This document shows, one piece after another, positions 33,684-38,802 of a stretch of DNA of 38,802 nucleotides. Under the pieces are notes generated by a model. That model was not told where the DNA came from and searched no databases. It saw nothing but the letters and a program-made list of their open reading frames with translations. The translations under genes were made by a program, and so were the position numbers. The DNA is taken from the NCBI GenBank assembly GCA_016618085.1, contig JABLTG010000174.1:1-38802 (forward strand). The letters run 5' to 3'. Within the stretch, counting starts at the first letter, position 1. The number at the start of each line of letters is the position of its first letter. The DNA is from Neovahlkampfia damariscottae (Eukaryota).

Positions 33684-36581
33684 TTACAATGCTTCAACTA
33701 ATTTCACTAACTTTCGTTTGTTTTTGAATTTATGGTTTCCCATCAACATAAGACAAAATTTTTCCCATTCTGCAGGTGAAATTGCTTTTTTTACAGCTTC
33801 AAGCCATTTCACAAATTTTTTATATTTAGACGCAGAAGCATCCATTTTAAGAAGCATTCTATTGGTCCTAATTTCACACATTTCGATTGTAATTAATTTG
33901 TTGCTTTCAGATTTATAGTTTTTGATGGCAAAATCAATAATTTGGTCTGTTTTTAAATTTGATTTTGGAAATCCCCAAAAAGCATCTATTTCTGCTGTGT
34001 CATAATCTTTTGAAAACATTTCTGAAAAGTTTTTGGAAAAATGTTGAAAATAAATGTGATCAGAATTTTCATTTGTCAACAATTTTGCAATAAGGTACAA
34101 TTCATCAAATTCTAGGACTGGACCAAAAACGATTTTCAATATTGTTTTCAACTTGTCATATTTTCTTCAAATAAGAATTAGAATAATCATTTTCTTACCC
34201 ATCATTCATGTAGGATGTTATGATTGGTTTAATCTCGTTTTTTGATTTTATTTGATCTCCATTGATTGCATCTTCAAGATATTTCATTTTTGAATGATTT
34301 TTTGTAATAATTAAAACAAATTTAGCTTTTTCTTTCATTTTTTTGACAAGTGGAGAATCAAAAATTCTGGTTAAATCAAAATCATAATTTTTGGACTCTG
34401 CAGCTTTGTAGAGAATTTTTTCTTGTAATTCTAGTAGTACTTCTTTCTTCATGTTTGACTCTGAAACAAATTTCCATAAATCTAACAAACCCCATGAATC
34501 GGATAAAGTATGGTAGATGTTTGAAATCCATTGAATTCGTTGTTCTTCACTTTGTGAATCAAAATCACTTATTTTGGAAAACAAATAAAAAAATGAAAGT
34601 TCTGGAGATCTAATTGTGTGTATAAAGCATTTTTTTGTTTCGGAATTTTTATAGCAATTCACTAAACAATCAAATGTTTCTGTTGGAAATTCCTTTGATA
34701 ATTTTTCAAAGAAATAATGATTGACAAGACCAGAAGTGGAGCGGTTCAAATTTTCAAATAGATTTGGTAGTCTATTGTACTTTTTGCACATTTCAATAAC
34801 TTCTTGAACGTTTTTCCATCGAATAAGATTTGTGTGATCATTCATATTGTATTCCTGAAGAAATGCATCAATCAATTTCTCATTATCAAAACCAGTTCTG
34901 CAAGCAGATCCAATAAAATTGGCAATTAATTCGTAGTTTTTAGTTTCCATTGCATAGTCTGTCATTTTTCTTGTGAATAAGTCCCCAAAAGAATTCTTAA
35001 TCGGAAGTAAAACGTCATCCCAATTGCCGACTCCACATTTCTCATTTTTCAATAACTTTTTTGCAGTTACAAATTGAATGTAATTATCTTTGATTCTATC
35101 AATAAGAACCTTCAAAGTGTGAATTTCAGTCTCTGCTGCTATGTACAAGAAAATACCGAATAAATTTTTCATATGATCATCAAAAGAAACAAAAATCATT
35201 GTGATTTGTTTCCAGCTTGTACTGGACTCCATTAATTCAAACGCCAATTTTTCCATTGACAAAACCAACAAGGAAGGTATTTTTTCATTTTTGATTTCAC
35301 TCAAAGCTGAGCATTTTAAACTGAGTTTCACCAAAAGATCAATTTTGTTAATTTTTTTTTTTTTTAATTGGGGCAATATGATCAATGAAGTTATTGGAGA
35401 ATATGTTTCCAAATATTTGAAAACAAAATTCAATTCTACTTCCTTCAACTGCAATGAAACAATGAAATTTGCTAAATTGGTTGCTGACAAAACATTAATC
35501 GAATTATTGATTTACCTTCTTTTTCTTTGGAATTTCTTTTCAAGACTGACAAACGATGACAAAGTGTTTCAATGGATTCAGAAAAGTTTGATTCTTCACC
35601 ATTCAATACTTTCATCAATTCTTCATCATCCCATGATGTCATTGGATATTCATAACTGGTAATCATCTGTTCTTTTCTATGCAAAAAATTTTCTCTCAAT
35701 TCTATTTTGTAATATTTTTCAATTGTTATACATGATTGTCTTCTGACCAAAATATCAATTTCTTCATTACACATATAGTTCCACCAAAACTTATCTAGAG
35801 TTTCAAACCCACAACGAGACTGATTAATGTCAATTTCACTTTTCGTTAACAGTTCCAAGGCAATGAGATAATTTTTGAAATATTTCTTGTTCCATAATCC
35901 ATGAAGAATACTGTAGCAGTGTTGATAGTTTGGTTGGTATCTGCCAAATTTTTCATTAAAACTCCAATTTTCAGGTTGAAATGAAGACAAATCAATATCT
36001 GGTTCTTTTTCTTCAACATTGTTCTTTTGATCATAAAACTTTTTTAAAAGATCATCATCATTTAACAATGTTTCAATTAAAAAATCTTTTATCTCTTCTT
36101 TTTTCATTGAATTGATGTCTTCTTCAAGTCTGGAAATTGTAAAAATTTCTTGAGGTGATTCAATGATAATCAAAGATGTTCCAACTATATGTGAACACCA
36201 GTTTGCTAAAATAGTTTAAATTTATCTATAGATACCTTTTTTATCTCCACAATCACAAGTTGCTTCTTTTAAAGTTCCGTTTTCAAAAACGATTTTCGTT
36301 TTGTATTTTATAATAGAAAGTATATCATTGGAAGCAACTCCTGTTATTGTGTCTTGTTCTTTTTGCATAACACGGATTAAATTTTGTGATTTTAATATTT
36401 TTCCAGTTTTGTAAGACTCTTTGTTTTTTTTGTTTTAATTTTTCGTTGTTTGTTTACCTTCTGTGCTTGAAGACTTGACAACAGATTTGGAAAAGTATGA
36501 AAATACTGTGGAAAAGTCATTTTCGTCACTTTTTGGTTTTTTTGATGGTTGGCCTTCAACCTCTTCAATTTTTCTTTTCAT
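33684..36581 (-). CDS. Large SWIM zinc-finger protein
   Basis: After splicing: ATCDCGDKKANWCSHIVG (CxC...CxH). N-terminal NLS-like KRK...KKPK. Four GT-AG introns join the three long ORFs and two upstream exons. Confidence 0.8.
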
Positions 36582-36639
36582 AAAGAAATCAATATGATTG
36601 GACTCTCAAATTCCAGAATACAAAGACAAAAATGAAAAT

Positions 36640-38248
36640 TTATCTTTTTTTGAAAACAAATGGAGAATCAAACTTTGGAGTTGTTGTTGCAAATGTAACT
36701 TCATCTTCATACTTTGAAATATCAACTCCTTCTTTTAGATGAATTGAATATTGTTGAATCAATGTCGTTAAAATGATGATTCCTTCAACTTCTGCAAATT
36801 TATATCCAATACAGTTTCTTTTTCCATATGAAAAAGGCATAAAATGAGCTGAGTTGTAATTTTCCATAAATCTTTCTGGTTGGAATTCGTTTGCATTTTT
36901 CCACAATTTTTCATCCAGATGAACTGATTGGAAATCAATTTTGAATTGAGTATCTTTTGGGAATTTTTTTCCATCAAGTGTGCATTTTTCCAAATTTTTC
37001 TTCACAACACCTTTGATTGGGGAATGAATTCTTAATGTTTCTTTCAAACATCCATTTGCATATTTCAATTTGGGAATATCATCATAACTTGCATTTCTTC
37101 CTTGTAGAATTTCATTCACTTCTTGAAAAAGTAGTTCTTGTTTTTTTGGATTCTTAGCGAGCAATAGCATCATCCAATGCATCGTTCCAGCAGTTCTGAA
37201 ATTGTTAAAATATAAATTGTTGTTTACGTTTCATGACCTGCAAAGAAGAAAATAAACATATTAGAAATTAATTCTTCATCAGATAATTCAATTTTTTCTT
37301 CTCCATCTTTTGATTTTACCATGATTCTGACTAAACTGTCATCAGTGTTTGTGTCAGTTTCATTTTTTCTAGATTTTTCCAAAATGAATTTCGCATACTC
37401 ACGAAAATCATTTATTGAATTAGTTTGCTTTTTGAAAAAAGGTAATTTGAAAATGAACTTTGGTAAAAAGAATTTCAATGCCATTCCCTGAATTGAGTAC
37501 ATCAATGAATCAACTAATGTCATTGAAACTTTTTCAGGAATGTCTTCTTTTTGGTATTTTTCGAATGAAATTGGATTCAATCCTTTTGTTTCGAATCCAA
37601 AAACAGTTGAAGAAATAATATCCAGTGTCAAGTAAGTGAAAGGTTTTCTGTGAAGATGTTAAAATATAGTTTCTTTACTTTAATTTGATTTCATTTACAT
37701 CATTTTTGAGATATAATTCCATCAATTCTTTGGTATATCTTACTGTTGTATCACATACAGTCTTCAAATAATTGTCTTGTGTGAAAACAGGATTAAATAA
37801 CACTCTTTGATGCTTCCATTGATCACCAGTTGATAATAACACGTTTGGACCAAAAATATCAACAACTTTGTAATTTTCAAGTGGTTTTATAAAGTTCTTT
37901 GACTTTTTGATACAGATTTCATGAATCAAATCAAAATCACTAAGTATTGGATTTATTTTTATTTCACACTTACGATACAAGATAAATTATCGAAAAACCA
38001 GCCAAAACTCTAACAATTTTGCATTTATTTTCTTTTGCAGTTTCTAAAATGAGTCTTTGTTTTTCATTTGATGTTGGAACTCCAAAAAACTGAGGGAAAG
38101 GAGCTAAATGATGATAGAAGTATCCAAAAGCAAGTGGAATTTCTTTGTCATTTTTGAATTGGTAGTATAATATCTTCCAATATACATACAAATAAACGAA
38201 GTAAGCAAGTGTGAAAAAGATTCCGAACAGAAATAACAAAGAAATCAT
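36640..38248 (-). CDS. Cytochrome P450
   Basis: N-terminal TM anchor, WKHQR, AGHETTA, ETLR, PERF and heme motif FSYGKRNCIG. Introns 37940-37973, 37648-37678 and 37196-37227. Confidence 0.96.
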
Positions 38249-38252
38249 TTGA

Positions 38253-38257
38253 CCAAT
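38253..38257. promoter_or_regulatory. CCAAT box 4 nt upstream of the P450 ATG
   Basis: The minus strand reads ATTGG-TCAA-ATG. One instance of a window-wide motif. Confidence 0.65.
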
Positions 38258-38425
38258 TAAAAATCAGAATCGTTCTCCAACTTGAACATAATTAATAAAA
38301 AATCTATTGCTTCAAGTTACCGCTATCTTAAAACTGACTTTTCCGTTCATTCTGATTAATCAGACCAGACATTAAAATCAAGGTTTCTTTCGGGATAGGA
38401 CCGTCGCCAGCAGTACTGGCAGTTT
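38257..38425 (-). ncRNA. Putative omegaRNA (scaffold plus ~20-nt guide) overlapping the Fanzor 3' end
   Basis: GC-elevated segment with stems GCCAG/CTGGC (38406-38420), palindrome TCTGATTAATCAGA (38351-38364) and AACTTGAA/TTCAAGTT (38311-38318 with 38279-38286). The position matches TnpB/Fanzor omegaRNAs. Boundaries are inferred. Confidence 0.55.
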
Positions 38426-38802
38426 TTGGATTTCCAATAAAATTTTGTATATTTATCAGAAATATATTTCTTGCTCCATTATAATCTCTTGGAAGAGAAA
38501 AATTACAATATTTACAATTGAAATAATCTTTTTTTCCAAGTTTCCAATCTATTTTTCCACATGATCCACATGTACAACTGGTATAATGTTCTGAAACTTC
38601 ATGTACTTGAATAGAATCTTTTTGAGCAAGATGTTTTAGTGTTTGACGAAATTGAAAATGAGACCAATGAAGCATTTTTTCTCACTGTTGTACTATGAAT
38701 TTTTCTTTCCCATTTTTTAATCATTCCTTTGACTGGAAATTTTGAAATCAAAATTTCATCATTATTTTCACAAAGATCTTTGGAAACACTTTTATGAAAT
38801 GC
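38277..38802 (-). mobile_element. Right end of a Fanzor2-encoding (IS607-like) element
   Basis: Fanzor ORF plus structured 3' region ending in ...TTCAAGTTGG on the minus strand. The GG at 38277-38278 is the inferred boundary. Confidence 0.55.
38328..38802 (-). CDS. Fanzor2 / TnpB-family RNA-guided endonuclease, C-terminal part; 5'-truncated by the window, with one frameshift
   Basis: AFHKSVSKDLCENNDEILISKF...RKIHSTTVRK, then a frameshift at 38675-38680, then MLHWSHFQFRQTL...VSEHYTSCTCGSCG...FNCKYC...RDYNGARNI. This shows the zinc ribbon, the RuvC-III Asp and the relocated Glu (ExYTS) typical of Fanzor2. Confidence 0.92.

Noticed and set aside
35201..35662. 153-aa plus-strand ORF
   Set aside because: Antisense to the SWIM gene, GTG start and no motif.
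1..38802. Prokaryotic operons, tRNA/rRNA genes or an alternative genetic code
   Set aside because: Broken ORFs are explained by GT-AG introns under the standard code, and TAA, TAG and TGA all act as stops. No tRNA or rRNA signature was seen.

Overview
Very AT-rich, gene-dense eukaryotic (protist) DNA carrying about 29 protein-coding genes. Genes are split by tiny GT-AG introns (26-40 nt in those I measured) and intergenic gaps are often under 100 nt. The content (7TM-RGS, RCC1/EGF surface protein, Fanzor2) suggests a heterolobosean amoeba related to Naegleria; this is an inference. Recognisable genes include FEX, a DOMON-7TM-RGS receptor, DUF962, a PX-PX protein, a RING-H2 E3, VPS26C, NCAPH2, an F-box protein, an LRR-CH protein, a CysQ/IMPase-family phosphatase, DnaJ, a CCCH-Nudix protein, LIM-SHOCT, a nodulin-like MFS transporter, a JmjC protein, a beta-helix protein, a SWIM protein and a cytochrome P450. 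Three things stand out. (1) The right edge holds the 3' half of a Fanzor2/TnpB RNA-guided nuclease with a structured putative omegaRNA; its predicted guide is the core promoter of the adjacent P450 gene. (2) A CCAAT/ATTGG box lies 4-60 nt upstream of essentially every start codon. (3) Several unusual architectures are visible only after splicing: one exon per RCC1 blade, two pseudo-GTPase fusions, and a 49-aa microprotein missed by the ORF track. At least one homopolymer frameshift looks like an assembly error.
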